This document shows positions 25,491-38,413 of a stretch of 64,000 bases of DNA, one piece after another. Location of the stretch: positions 90,334,001 through 90,398,000 of the forward strand of contig NC_082718.1 in the NCBI RefSeq assembly GCF_030144855.1, in the 5' to 3' direction. The notes under the pieces were generated by a model. That model did no database searches, had not been told where the DNA came from, and saw only the letters and a list, made by a program, of their open reading frames with translations. Made by a program: the position numbers and the translations under genes. This DNA is from Hypanus sabinus. Taxonomy: Eukaryota. Position 1 is the first letter of the stretch. Each line of letters opens with the position of its first letter.

Positions 25491-28400
25491 GTAAGTTTTA
25501 CACATCGTTTTGCATATTTTCGGTTTGCTTATTGCGGTATATCTAAGCTGTCGTGAATGCATGTTAATCCGTCACACTGAAATGTCAAATAAATAGTATG
25601 CGCGAGATCAGGAAGTAGGCCAGTGAGGCCTAATCAATGTTAAAATTATTTTGGGAGCCTTTTTTTGTGTATGCCTTCACCCTTATCCCTCTGAAATGAA
25701 TGAATGGAATTCATCATAGTAATTGCTGATGCCCTGCATCTTTATTTGGGTTCTTCTTCGTTTTGAGATCGACAAAAAAATCTCTGTGTCGTAATTTGGG
25801 AATATGAATTTTGAACATTCAAGACGAATGGAAAGGAAGAACACTTTTAATCCTTTTATTCCTTCTCAGGCTTATCATTCAACCCTCATGGACCATGATG
25901 TAAAACTAATTGGAAATATGGCATTATTGCCACTGAAAACTCAATTCAAAGGACCAGCTCCAAAGGAAAGTAAGTTTTGAACTTCATAAATTCAATGCAA
26001 TGCCCTTATGCATTTGTAGTGCTGTGCTTAAGAAAAAAGTCTAACTGGTAGTGTTGTAATCTAACTCTGTTTAATAACTGTAAGGTTATTTTGAGGTAGT
26101 TCCTAGTGAGGGTGAGGCAAGAGTGCAGTAATTTCTAAATGCTCATGCTGTAAACAGGAAATTAAAGCTACCAACAATAAGTTATAGCTACATATATAAA
26201 ATGTTGCATGGAATGCAGACAAATTTGTATTTGGCATCATCCTGATGAACAGAATAAAAGACTTGTTGACCAACAAACACCATTGCATTTTGTTCTTTTA
26301 CAAATAAAACATTATATGCATGTATAGATTTTAAGTGTATGTATGGCAGTGTATTGCTTTTAAAATTCCTGAGCCGTAATGCTCTTGTCCAGATATGCAC
26401 TACTAATTAGCCACTTTAGTAACACTTCACATGACACTGCATTTATTGAGTGCAAGTTTTTCACTCTCCAAGAACCTAATAATTTAAATAATTGAAGACA
26501 ATCATTGGTAATATTTTGAGAAACTACAAGGCAAGTAATGTTGTTACTTTCTAAACTTGGTAATAGTGGTATTAGCAGCAGTCTTTTCTACTAATTTTCT
26601 TAGAGAAAGTAAGGCATGATTATGAAGTGAATTGTTCTTCCTAGCTTCACTAAAGGTGTGAGCAGGTCTGGGCGAAGAAATTATCTGGAAAGGATTATTG
26701 TGCACAAGTGCCTTTTGAATCTAAAAGTAATCAAAAAATGCAGTTTTCAACTCCTGTGAGGACATGTTTCATATTCTTAAAAGTGTACTAAATTCACCAC
26801 CGCTTATAGCAATAAGTAGGTTAGGAAATACCTTGCATTCTTAAGGGGCAATGGAACTGTGGAAACCAAACTACGAATCCTAGTTTTATGTAATATGTTC
26901 ACTCTTTTGTATTCTCTCAGTATACAATTTTCTTCTCTAGTTTGCTAATGAGAATACTAATTAGCTTTTGGGATACGCTAATTAGTTGTTGTGATATGCT
27001 AATTAGCCATAGGGATATTTTGCTTGAGAGAATTCAGGTTGGGGAGGACAAAAATGATTATTGGCTTAGGGGATGCTGCTATGCCTATTGATTATTGTTG
27101 CACTGCTACTTTTCTCTTCCAGCCAAAGATACTGATGTAATCGATGAAGCTATCTACTATTTTAAGGCAAACGTTTTCTTTAAAAACTATGAAATAAAGG
27201 TAAATTCCTCTTTTTGTCAACTTAGAAATTTTTCCAGAGATCAGGGTGGGAAGAAGCAAAATTAGAAACCTAAGAAGCATGAAAGGCTGAGGGTGAATCA
27301 CTTTTGCTTGTTCTGTTACTGGTGTGAAATTTAAATTCCTCTACAATGTGGGCATCAAAAGCAAGGAAAAAGAAACAAATCGGAGAAGGGACATGACAAG
27401 ACTACATGCTGTAAGGCCAAAGTACATTTGTTACACAGAGTAATCCTCAGTTGCTTAGTTTAACAACTGGTACAAAACTTGCTAAGTCATTTTACATTTT
27501 GTGTTCAATCATTTTGGAGGTTTAACCAGTAAATATATATACTAAGAATGTCCTGTTTAATATGTACATGGAGTACAGTAAGTTGTTATAAAAATAACTT
27601 ATGTGTGACTCTTGAGATTAGATTAAGTGAAAACCCACAAACTATGGATGGTTTTCCTTAATCGTTGTAAGTAAAGGCTACTGAATTAAAGCAGGGAGAT
27701 GAAGTTAAAATACACATCAGCCAGGAATTAATTAAACAGTGATACATACTCTATACATTTCTATTTCAACACTGTGCACCATATTTATCTAACACTCCGG
27801 TGCTTTTATTACAGAATGAAGCTGATAGAACCTTAATTTATATCACCCTTTACATCACTGAATGCCTCAAAAAGCTACAAAAGGTAGGGAGTGCTGATGT
27901 GTGCTTCATGTTTCTTTGCTCTGCCCTTATATGGTATGGGCAGTTTACACAGCTTAACTTCTGTATTGCTGCTTGAGATGATGTGATTCGTGAACTGCTT
28001 CATAACCATCAGGAAGTAACTTCTATCAGGCAGAACAGAAGTTGAAATGGCTCTGTATTGTGAGGCACTCGTTTATAAATTGATCACTTCCCTTTATGTA
28101 GGTTAAAGTCAGAACAATCCCAGGAACTCTTTACCGCTGTGGTTGCTGTTGTCATTTCGTAATCAATTGTCAAGTTGTTGGATAGATTTCTTTGTAATGT
28201 GAAACAGTGCAACTTATTTTCCTCTTTCTCTGAGGACTTAATTTTGTTTTTATATTTTCCCTCAACATAGTGTAACTCCAAAAGTCAAGGGGAGAAGGAA
28301 ATGTACACCTTGGGAATAACCAACTTTCCCATTCCTGGAGAGCCAGGGTTTCCCCTCAATGCTATGTATGCAAAGCCTGGACACAGACAGGAAGATGGTA

Positions 28401-31400
28401 TGTGGAAACGATATTAGTATTGAAGTTGATCAAAATTATACTTAAAATGCTTTGAATAGTCGTAACTACTCCTCGTTGGGATTTAGAAATTATTTAATTA
28501 TTTCACAGTATGCAGGTACTGGTTTATAAGTTGTGCCTGTGCACAAGTTGCTCCTTTTAAAAATAGCTAGGAAGTTGTCTTACCAGTTTATTACCATGTA
28601 GTTCAAGTCCTGAGAATAGATTTGTTCCAGATCCTATAAATTCTGGTTACTTTTACAGAAATGATGAGGGGTTACTTGCAGCAGATCAGGCAAGAAACTG
28701 GACTAAGACTTTGTGAAAAAGTGTTCGATCAACAGACTGATAAGCCCAGCAAGGTAAGGGATCTAGTTGTGACTTTTGGACTTCATTTTCTTACAAACAC
28801 ATTATTTACTGTTTTAATGTCCAGTAAAGTTTAATCACAGCTGATGGTTTTAAAATGTTTATGAAGACTCATCACCAGAAAAAAATCTCCTGGTCTTATC
28901 ATTAAACTTGCCTGGATTTTTCAGTTTATAGCAGGATGCTGCATTTTGTTTGGGCCAGGAGAAGAATATTGAATAACTGTGTTATCCTGGGAGGAGTCTA
29001 AATTGAAACCTTTCAGACAGTTGGTTAAAACACACATGTTGGCATATGATTTACCCTGTTGATAAAAAGCAAAGCAAAAATATGATAATACCCACCAATG
29101 GTAGTTGTGTGAGTCAAGATATTTAAAATTGCATTCCGTTGCAGAAATTTCATGCTGTCCTCTCAAATTTGAAATATTTTATAAGCATCTGCATTTTTTC
29201 CAACTATCCTTTAACTAACTATTTGAAAAATACTAAACCTTGCTCTCCTAGCAGTGGTTTATTAAATTTAACCTATTCACTATCTTCCTAAATGACACCC
29301 GCTTGCAGATTTTGTGTAGCGTTAATGTGTGTGGTTTCTCTGTTGAATAGGTGGTTTATTTAACAGAGACATCTGTTTCCTGAGTTCCAGCGTTACTCAG
29401 ATTAAACTGGTGTTGCTTCTGAAAGTGGACTTGCTAAAAATGTTAATAATTCAGTGAAGTCAAAAGAATTATTGGGAAGTGCCAAAATACTTACCAATGA
29501 TCATGAACAATTGAGTTTTTTAAGAAACCTATTTCTTTCTTGATTGTTAAATTATTATGCAGAGTGTAACATTTAATAACTTTCAGAATATTTCTAGTGG
29601 CTCTAATAATTTTCATTTGCTGATTGCTTCTCATTTTTGGGAATGTCATTAAGCGAAGTACTGTAGTTTGCACACACTGTGAAAGCAAAGTGCTTTCTGC
29701 CCTGCCTGTTACTGGAATTGACAATAATTTTCAGAACAACACTTTGTGAATGTTTCCACTAACTGCAATCTTCTGGTTTATTTAAAATGAGACTGACCTC
29801 TTTGTGTGCTAAGTATATCTATATGCATAAAATTGCCAGCTGGTGGTGTAGTGGCAGCTGCAGCGGACTACGAGGAGAGTGGTCCCGGGTTCGAATCCAG
29901 CCAGCTCCTTACACGCTTTCCATCTGTGCTCGACTGAGTGTTGAGCTAGCAACCTGACTTCATTTTTAAAAAAAACGACAAATGCTAACGAAACGGCGAG
30001 GTTGCCGCCTGATGCGCTGCAAGACATGGAGAGGAACAACCATATGCCTACAAGCTTTGGCCTGCACTTTTCAAACTGTATTACGTATTCTTACAAATAA
30101 TTCAGTGGCCTTTTATAATACTTGGCTGGGGATGTACTGTGGTTAAAGAGCAATGTATCATCTGGCATGCAAGTGTATTGCTGCTGTCTTACAACTTAAA
30201 ACATGGTGTTTTATCTATGTTTTATGTAAAATCTGCCACACCATCTAGACCTAATTTTTTTGTGTGATTTTTGCCATTGCATAGGTTACAGTTTCAGTAC
30301 TTGTTACTTATTTCTCTAGTGATAGTCAGCCACTTAGCTGCATAAATATAAGCTATTAAACCTGGCCCTTCTAGCAACAGTTTATCACTCACTGCCACCC
30401 TGGTCCCTCCAGCAAATCCAGGCTGATGTTATCTGCAATAAACAGAGCACAAAGGTGTCACCTGCGATCACCTTGAGGAGCTGGTTTTCTGTGCACTGAA
30501 AATTAAATTATTAATAAGAATCTTTGGAAACATTAAGACATTTATGAATTTTGTTGGATTGAAACGTTAAGAGGAGGTGGCAGAGCTTGAGGGGGCTGGT
30601 GCCGGGAAAATACCCTCTTCCTCAATGTCAAAGGAAATGTTTATCAACTGCAGGAGAACCCGTAGCACTCTCAACCCTTTACATGAGCGGTACAACCGGG
30701 GAAACTGAGCTGTTTCGGTCTCCTGGGAGTGCACATTTTGCACAACCTCTCATGGTCCCAGAAAACATCCTATATAATCAAGAAAGCTCACCAATGCCTC
30801 TACTTTCTCAGGAGGTTGAAGGGAGCTGGATTATGCTCATCAATACTTGCAACCTTCTACAGATGCGCAGTAGGGAGCATCCTAATATGCTGCATCACCG
30901 CAGGGCATGGAAACTGCACAGCATTGGACAGGAAGAATTTACTACGAGTATTCAAAGCTGCCTGACACGTCACCAGCACCACATCCTACCCACCAGGATG
31001 TGTATACAGAAAGATGCTGGAGAAAGGCCAGCCGTATTATGAAGGATCCCACCCACCCTGCTCCTGGACTACACGTTCTATTCCTATCAAGGAAGAGGCA
31101 ACACAGCATCCATGCCAGGACCTTGTGTACATGTATATACATATAGCTTATCATTTGTTTTTATTTTTGTTGTTATTGTGTTTATCTTAATGTGTGTGTG
31201 TGCGCATGCAAAATTGTATGGGGAGTAACAGTGATATTCTCCTTTACATTTGTGTACTGGAAATGACATTAAACAACCTTGAATCTTAAGAATCAATAAT
31301 ATTTTAACACTTTTGGATTGATTAAAATTAGAGCATTGAATTTGGATTGGAATTAAAAATTAGTTTTGATGCAAGTTTCCAGTTTTATTTTTGCTGCTTT

Positions 31401-32149
31401 GGATTGCTTGGGTTACACACTGTACGGCTGGCCCACATTATCTTTGTCTCATTTAATCTGATTTTAAGATCATGAGTGCAAAATGAATTATTTATGTAAT
31501 GGAATATACTTACAACGTCCCTGAGGCAGAGATTGAAGCTGTTTGCATGAAAAGTACAAAGATATTAAAAAGGCCAGGTTTGATGGCCTACAGGACTTTT
31601 CAAATACATAACCTCTACCAGCTAGAAGGACAAGGGCAGCACAGACATGGGAGTACCACCACCTAGAGTTGCCCCCAAGCACTAACTCGGAAACATCCCT
31701 GTTCCTTCTGAGTGAAAGTACTGAAGCACTCACCCTGACTGCCTTAAGGGTATAGCTTGACCTCAAGATCTGCAGCTGTTCAGGAAGGCAGCCCACCTCA
31801 AAGTTGCTGACTCAGCCTGCAAAGCCAAAATCCCTTGAATGCATTTTAAATGAAAACTTGCATTTATGTGAGTAAGTGACTTTCAGGAGGGAAATGAGTA
31901 ATAAGTACTGAAACTTACTCCAGGTTCTGGCTTAGAAGGTGATGCTAGAAGATCGATGTAAGTTGAAATTTAGATTGAATAGTATGGTAGACTTCAGAAC
32001 AGTACAGAATTAATTGAGATGATTATATGCACCATGATTTAATGTTACATCTGTGATTTTTTTTTTTTTGTTCTTGATTTTTCCAGTGGTGGACGTGCTT
32101 TATAAAGAAGCAATTCATGAACAAGAGCTTATCAGCACCAGGGCAGTAA
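25485..32149 (+). CDS. ARPC3: Actin-related protein 2/3 complex subunit 3 (p21-Arc), join(25485-25490,25870-25969,27123-27199,27815-27883,28271-28397,28659-28753,32087-32149), 178 aa
   Basis: [35 protein letters not shown]...[33 protein letters not shown]...[15 protein letters not shown]...[24 protein letters not shown]; 537 nt in frame, GT-AG introns. Confidence 0.97.
25870..25969 (+). CDS. ARPC3: ARPC3 exon 2
   Basis: [33 protein letters not shown]. Confidence 0.95.
27123..27199 (+). CDS. ARPC3: ARPC3 exon 3
   Basis: [25 protein letters not shown]. Confidence 0.95.
27815..27883 (+). CDS. ARPC3: ARPC3 exon 4
   Basis: [23 protein letters not shown]. Confidence 0.95.
28271..28397 (+). CDS. 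ARPC3: ARPC3 exon 5
   Basis: [42 protein letters not shown]. Confidence 0.95.
28659..28753 (+). CDS. ARPC3: ARPC3 exon 6
   Basis: [31 protein letters not shown]. Confidence 0.95.
29835..30040 (+). mobile_element. tRNA-derived SINE
   Basis: A-box TGGTGTAGTGG, B-box GGTTCGAATCC, non-tRNA body. Confidence 0.7.
30650..31290 (+). mobile_element. Rex1/Babar-like LINE 3' fragment
   Basis: [16 protein letters not shown]...[10 protein letters not shown]; cttgaat tail. Confidence 0.8.
32087..32149 (+). CDS. ARPC3: ARPC3 exon 7 (last coding)
   Basis: polypyrimidine-ccag|[23 protein letters not shown]; AATAAA at 32248 and 32665 downstream. Confidence 0.95.
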   Translation, partial: WWTCFIKKQFMNKSLSAPGQ

Positions 32150-33534
32150 TAATGTCACAAATGCAAAACGTCATGCAAATATGTCACGCAGCAAGATGTA
32201 TAAAGTTTTTGTCTTGTCTTGTAAGATTTTATACTGAGTTTGGATATAATAAAAGAACAGTTTCATTCTGAAGAGATTTTCCTTTGAAAGTTGACTGCTT
32301 GATATATTATTTACTTGAAAGCTTCTACTTAATGGCTGGTCTTAGTAATTGTACCTGCAAAATCTGGTGCCTAAACAGTGTTAAGTTAACAAAAAAAGCT
32401 GCTATCCTTGGTAAACTTACAGCTGTGTCTTGATGCTTAGTTAATGTTTTTATATTGCATATGTTGGATCAGAGTACATTATCACTTAATGCTACTTACA
32501 CATCCTTGCTTATATTAATGATAAAAATCCTGCTCCTGTACCTGGTATTGGAATGTTATTATGAAGTTAGTTTGATTCTATTAGTTACAGGATTTACATT
32601 TCTGGTGTTTAAACATTTTTCTAAATTGTATAAAAGCAAGAATTAATTGAAAGCTTTTTAGATTAATAAAGGTTTGGCAAAGATTTAGCTGATCTTTAAA
32701 AAAGAAATAGTGCAAATAAAATGCTAATGTCACCTGGGCTCTATTGAAGTTATTCATGAAATGAGAGTTGTTGACAGGTATCTGAAGTTTTTAATTAAGT
32801 ATGAATGCTGATACTCAAACTATATGTAACAGTACAGCCCCTTCCTGGATTGATGCTATGACCATGTGAATATTAAGTTCATAAATTCTGTGTAACAAAT
32901 AATATTGCAATGAACACCCATTAGAACTTATCAATGTTTTATGATTTACTGTACCTGATTTTAAGAAGTGTGGGAATTGTAGTGATTTGGGTATTTTCAT
33001 TCTGTCTAAAACAATTAACACTGAAGATCTTGGTTTAAAAAAGAAAGCATTTGGGTTACTTAGAAACATGAATGGAGCAGGAAAGGATGCAAGACTAACA
33101 GGAATCACTGGTTACAATTTTAGGTTTTGTCTTTCAAGAAAGATATAAAGAAAATTGGAATCCTTAAGGTTCGAAGATTTAGTATGCAAGCAAAACTTGG
33201 GATATGGGGAAATGATTGGCATTTGGATTATAGGCAAATTACTAAAAAATGACCTAATTGAGGTCTCTTCTCTTTCTCACCCCGCCCCCCAATAAATTAT
33301 TCCTTCTGGTAAATGGGTCAATCATTTAAAATAATTGACAGGAAGTTCTAAAGGAAAAAGATGTTGTTATTCTTTTGAAAGTTGGTGAAAGCTGATTCCA
33401 TAATTTTAAAAGGGTTGGAGAGCTACCTGAGCATGAGGAGCTTACAGAGTTATTACCAGAACATAAAATGTAACCAGGTATGTCAGCTCTTTTAAAGAGT
33501 GTTTTATAAAATAAGTGGCAAAAATACTTCAATA

Positions 33535-33880
33535 GACAGTAGGTGCAGGAGTAGGCCATTCACTGTGATCATGGCTGATCATACACAATCAGTACCCTGT
33601 TCCTGCCCTCTCCCCATATCCCTTGACCCCACTATCTATAAGAGCTCTATCTAACTCTCTCTTGAATGTATCCAGAGACTTGGCCTCCACTGCCTTCTGG
33701 GGCAGCGCATTCTACATATCCATCACTCTCTGGGTGAAAAGTTTTTCTGCATCTCTGTTCTGAATGGCCTACCCCTTATTCATAAACTGTGGCCTCTAGT
33801 TCTGGACTCACCCATCAGCAGGAACATGCTTCCTGCCTCCAGCGTGTCCAATCCCTTAATAATCTTATATGTTTCAATCA
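33535..33880 (-). mobile_element. CR1-like LINE 3' fragment
   Basis: Reverse complement of the CR1 C-terminal / 3' UTR pattern seen at 19290-19610. Confidence 0.75.
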
Positions 33881-33949
33881 TATTATGTTATATATTTCAG
33901 TCTATTATTGAGAAAGTAGTAATAGGATATTAGAATATATTACAATTAG

Positions 33950-35100
33950 AGTCATTGTGGTTTTATGAAAGGGAAATCCTTTCTGCAAATTTATTTAGGT
34001 TTAATGAACTATCACCATGGACAGAAGGAAACCAGTCAATGTGGTACATTTATACTTGATAAGTTGTTACATAAAAAGTTATTGCACAAAGGTTCATGGT
34101 AATATAAGGTTATGTATAAGAGGATTGGGTAGGTGACAAAACAGCATACTGATACATGGGTCATTTTCAAAATAACAAGCTATGGCTATTGGGTTGCCAC
34201 AGTAATTAATATTCTGGCCATAGCTATTTACAACTACATGACTTGAATGAAGTATTCTGTAGCCTGGTTTGCTGATGATACAAATAAGTTAACTTATCAG
34301 GAGACAGACTGCAGAAGAGTTCAGCACAATGGACCAAGGAGTGGTATAACCTGTGGAAGTTAGTGATTTTGTTTGGGATATGCCCTCATCTCGTTACCAC
34401 CATCAGGGAGGAGGTACAGGAGCCCAAAGACGCACACTCATTGTTTCAGGAACGCCTTCTACCCCTTTGCCATTAGATTTTTGAATGGTCCATGAACACT
34501 ACATCACTATTTCTTTTGCACTATTTATTTATATTGTAACTTATAATAATTTGTTATGCCTTCACTGTATTGCTGCCACAAAACAATACACAACTCTAAA
34601 CCCGACCTTGGTAGGAAGAATGGAAAAGCAGAATACGAAATAAGATTTGGTGATCAGAGAACCTACAAACCTTCATACAGGGAAATTATTGACATAGGTA
34701 CATTGTTAGAAAGTTGCTCTTACTGCAAACAGGTTGGAGTAGCAAAGTTGCTAAAGTGTAAGACTTGAAGTTTATATTTTGTCTCATTTAAGAAAGGATA
34801 TACTTGCCACTAAGGCATCGCAGCAGAGGTTCACTGGATGGACTCCTAGAATGATGTGATTGACCTAGGAGGAATGTTTGGCCTATATTTTCTGCCAATT
34901 TTCAGTTGGCTTGACATGGTAAATGAAGTTGGTTTCTTGGTAGGAGCGATCAAGAAGAGCATGGTCTTAGGATGAAATCCATTTAATATCTTCCTTAGAG
35001 TTAAGAAGGTTTGGATTTCAGGGGAAATAGAGGGTTATGGAATTCAGGCAAAGTGGAGTTGAACCATGAGGATAAACTGGCTGTATGTATTAAATTCATA
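33950..35100 (+). mobile_element. Old degraded CR1 with nested Rex1-type tail (~34380-34600)
   Basis: gggaaatc..., tttgctgatgatacaaa (FADDT), cagaggttcact remnants. Confidence 0.5.
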
Positions 35101-35189
35101 GGAACCCATGTGATTAAAATGCAATGGGCTAGCCAATAATAATTGGAGAACTCTTGCTAATATCAATAAGTAAATGCTTACATACAGCA

Positions 35190-38100
35190 GTCCTTGCAAC
35201 AAAAGCTTTATTCCTCATAATCCAGGTAAATTTCATAAGGTTACATGCACAAGTGTTCAGAGTAACAGTCACTTTAGTCCCTTACACTTGATAATTGTAA
35301 ATACATTTGCTGCATGTTGATGCATTTTTTAAAAAAATATAAACCGGAGCTGGCTTTGTAAATTTAACTTTTAAGACTTAAGAATTAAATGTACCCATTT
35401 TATTTGAGCAAATATAAGCATATTCCTTACACTTTAATCTTGCTGGAATAGAATAAAAATAATGAACTTGCATTATGATCAATTTTTAATGTAGAAAACA
35501 TCTCAAGGTACTTAATTTATGTACTGAAGATAAAGAGCATGTGAAAGGAGAAATAACCAAACTATTTGGCCAAAAAGGTGAGGTTTAAAGATCTTTGAGG
35601 GCTGTGATGGGTGTTGGGGAGGGAAATCTCAACAGTTGGTCTGTTAAACTAAAGGCACTGTTCAACAGGAGGAGAAATGCATAATTAACTGAAATTGGTG
35701 GTGATCCTATCTATTGTCCCTCATTGTACCAACCATTCTTCCAAATGTATGCTTAGCTTAATTTTGGCATTTTTAATCCATGGGCAAACACTCTCCCATA
35801 GGATTATTCTTTAAAAAAAATCCTGGCTGCTATAAGATTAATAAGACTACAATAATAAGGCATTGTTGGATGTCTAGTTCTGATTTGTAGATTACCTGCT
35901 GCTATTGGTACTGAGTAATTGTAATTTATATTGTAATTTGAAGTCATCTTAACCATCTTTCCAATGTCCTGCGATAAAACTTATCGCTAGAAGATTTTAC
36001 CTAATACTTTCAAACCTAGAAATAAGATTTCTTAAATAGACTACATGAAAAAAGCTCAGGTTAAAAATTATATAGAGGAGATAACAAATACTGTACATCA
36101 GAGTCCACAAATGGTAAAAAAGAATGCATAGAGGAAATCAAATACTCCCTCCTGTACGCAAGGTGTTAGTACAAAAGAAAGCTCTGGGCTCAATTCAAAG
36201 TTCAAGGACAGAAACTAAATCAGTTAACCAAGAACAGCCTGATACCTCTTAGAATCCTTGGTTCAGAATCAGATTTTGAAAAGCATTTGGAAGTGGCTGA
36301 ATCAAACAAGGACAGACAACAAATGCAGTAAATAGTCATGTCCAACTTGATGTTTTTTTATGTAAGGCAATTAGGTAAAAATGAAGTGGGTGCAGCATGA
36401 GAATTTTCAAAAGGCCTGCATTTGGAAATATAGAGTACAGTTGGAAATGCAGCAGCATGTAGCAGACCATGGTCAGGAAACAGAGTTCCAGTAATAATAT
36501 CAGTTGGATTCAGGTTTCATTGCTAGATAAATTTTGAAAAGTCAGTCAACTAGGAACAATGTCAAAATATTGCACAAACTTGTATTTCCAGCATCTATAC
36601 ACTTTAATTTTTAAGATTCAAAAAAAATGAGGGTTATTGTGTTAGATGCAATTTACTGTTGAGAGATGAAACTAAAATTTTGGAAAGTCACATTCATTGG
36701 ATGAGCAGTGTCACAAGGTTTCAGTTTAATAATCAAAATGATAGATTGAGACAAGGCCAATAGTGTTTTATGGTAGCAGTGGGGAGCAGAGAAATTGGTC
36801 TTGCCATGGAGTTTTGAAGACTGGTTTGCAGAATCGAAGTCAAAGTGTCAGAACACACGAGAACTCAGGAGTGATGGGAGAGTAATTATGAGGACAGACA
36901 TTAGAAGGACAAAGGGTGAATTCTGTTTTACTGATGAAAAAAAAATCAATAATTTGGAAACAGATAACATTTTCCAGAACAGCTTGAACCTTTCCTACAA
37001 GTAGAAAAGATTCTAGGATAAAGGCAATTCCCTCATTAGAAATATTACGATTAAATTAAGTGTACACAGAGAAGTTGAACATTCATTAATGAATGCACAA
37101 ATAATAATTGACAAATGGTATAACTGACAAGGGAGCCTACTTTGCATAAGTACAGTTTCAAATACTAATAAACAGTTGTTCAATGTAACTGCGATGTTTG
37201 ATCAGAGAGGAATAATAGCTAAATTGCCTCTCCAAATAATATGCAATTTTAAAAATCCAGTTGAGCTGCAATGGAAAACACTGCTATGGACCAGTTGAGT
37301 CAAACTATAAATATGTAATTGATTTTTTAGATTAGCCTTACATTCAAAGATTCATTCTGGACATTGCTGTCTCAGATGGTGCTCTGAAAAGGTAGACCAC
37401 AGGAGTTCAAATTTAAAATCCAAAAACCATCAGATTTGAAAGAGCATTACTAAGCTGGCACACTGCAAGTGAGGAATCTAATCTATCTAATATTCCTCAG
37501 TTCTAAAATAAATCCAATGTTTAAAAAGAATTAATTTTAATTTCAAAATTCAATTCATTTTGGATTCATTTTCCATTTAAATCAAAAACAATTTGTATTT
37601 TAAAATACTGGAATTCCAAATTAATCTTGGAGTTTTTATAACTGCATTTGCCACTTGTTTTGTCTGCCTTGTTATATTCATGCTTTTATGATTTTGACAG
37701 ACAGAACTATTAGTGACACAAAATTTCCACAATAAATTTGGTTTATTAGGCTCAGAACAAATATGAAAATAATGTAAGAGAGTTAAAGATTAATAGTTTT
37801 ACTATCATTTTAGCAAGAAACACAGCTATTAACATCCCATCTGTCTCCTTATTATATTCTAAATGTATAGATAAAGCAAAAATAAGTCTTGCATATAATT
37901 TTCAAATATATGGCAAATGCAGTAATGTCAACTGCCTCTGCATTTCCTGAAACTGCAACAGCAATAAAATGGCTTTAAGGAGAACTTGGAAGGTAATTTG
38001 CATCATCACTAATTGCCCTGAGCCCTGAACTATTACTGCATCCAGATGATTTTTTTTTTGCATAATACGATATAATGATTCAGTGAATTACTTTTAGGCA

Positions 38101-38413
38101 AACACAGCAGCAATCTTAAATACAAAGACAAGCCTCGCTTAACACAACAGATTCCCCAGCAGTCCAAAATATACTTAAACATATAAAAATAATTCATGGC
38201 AAGAGTAGAAAATAACAGATGAAACTCAAGGTATATTGAACTTTTTTGTTGATGTCAGTTGCAGGGTCACAGTTCTGAGTGGGTATTTCTCTGCGGAGAG
38301 GGCTTTTTGTTTGTATCCAAGCATATTCGCGTAGAATTCTGAGCTGCAGGCTGCCGTCCATTGTGAAATGGGCAGCGATTGTGAGAAGAGAGGTACGTTC
38401 TCTCTCATGACTC
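35190..38413 (-). other. Probable non-coding terminal exon (3' UTR) of UBE2G1-like
   Basis: Minus-strand acceptor ttctctttttag ending at 38414; ~3 kb without recognisable repeats; minus-strand AATAAA at 37742-37747 and 35207-35212. Confidence 0.5.

Noticed and set aside
29337-29369. Short hairpin in ARPC3 intron 6 as a miRNA or snoRNA
   Set aside because: Stem is only ~13 bp and no C/D or H/ACA boxes were found.
29835-29910. tRNA gene
   Set aside because: A and B boxes are present but there is no full cloverleaf, and it continues into a SINE body.
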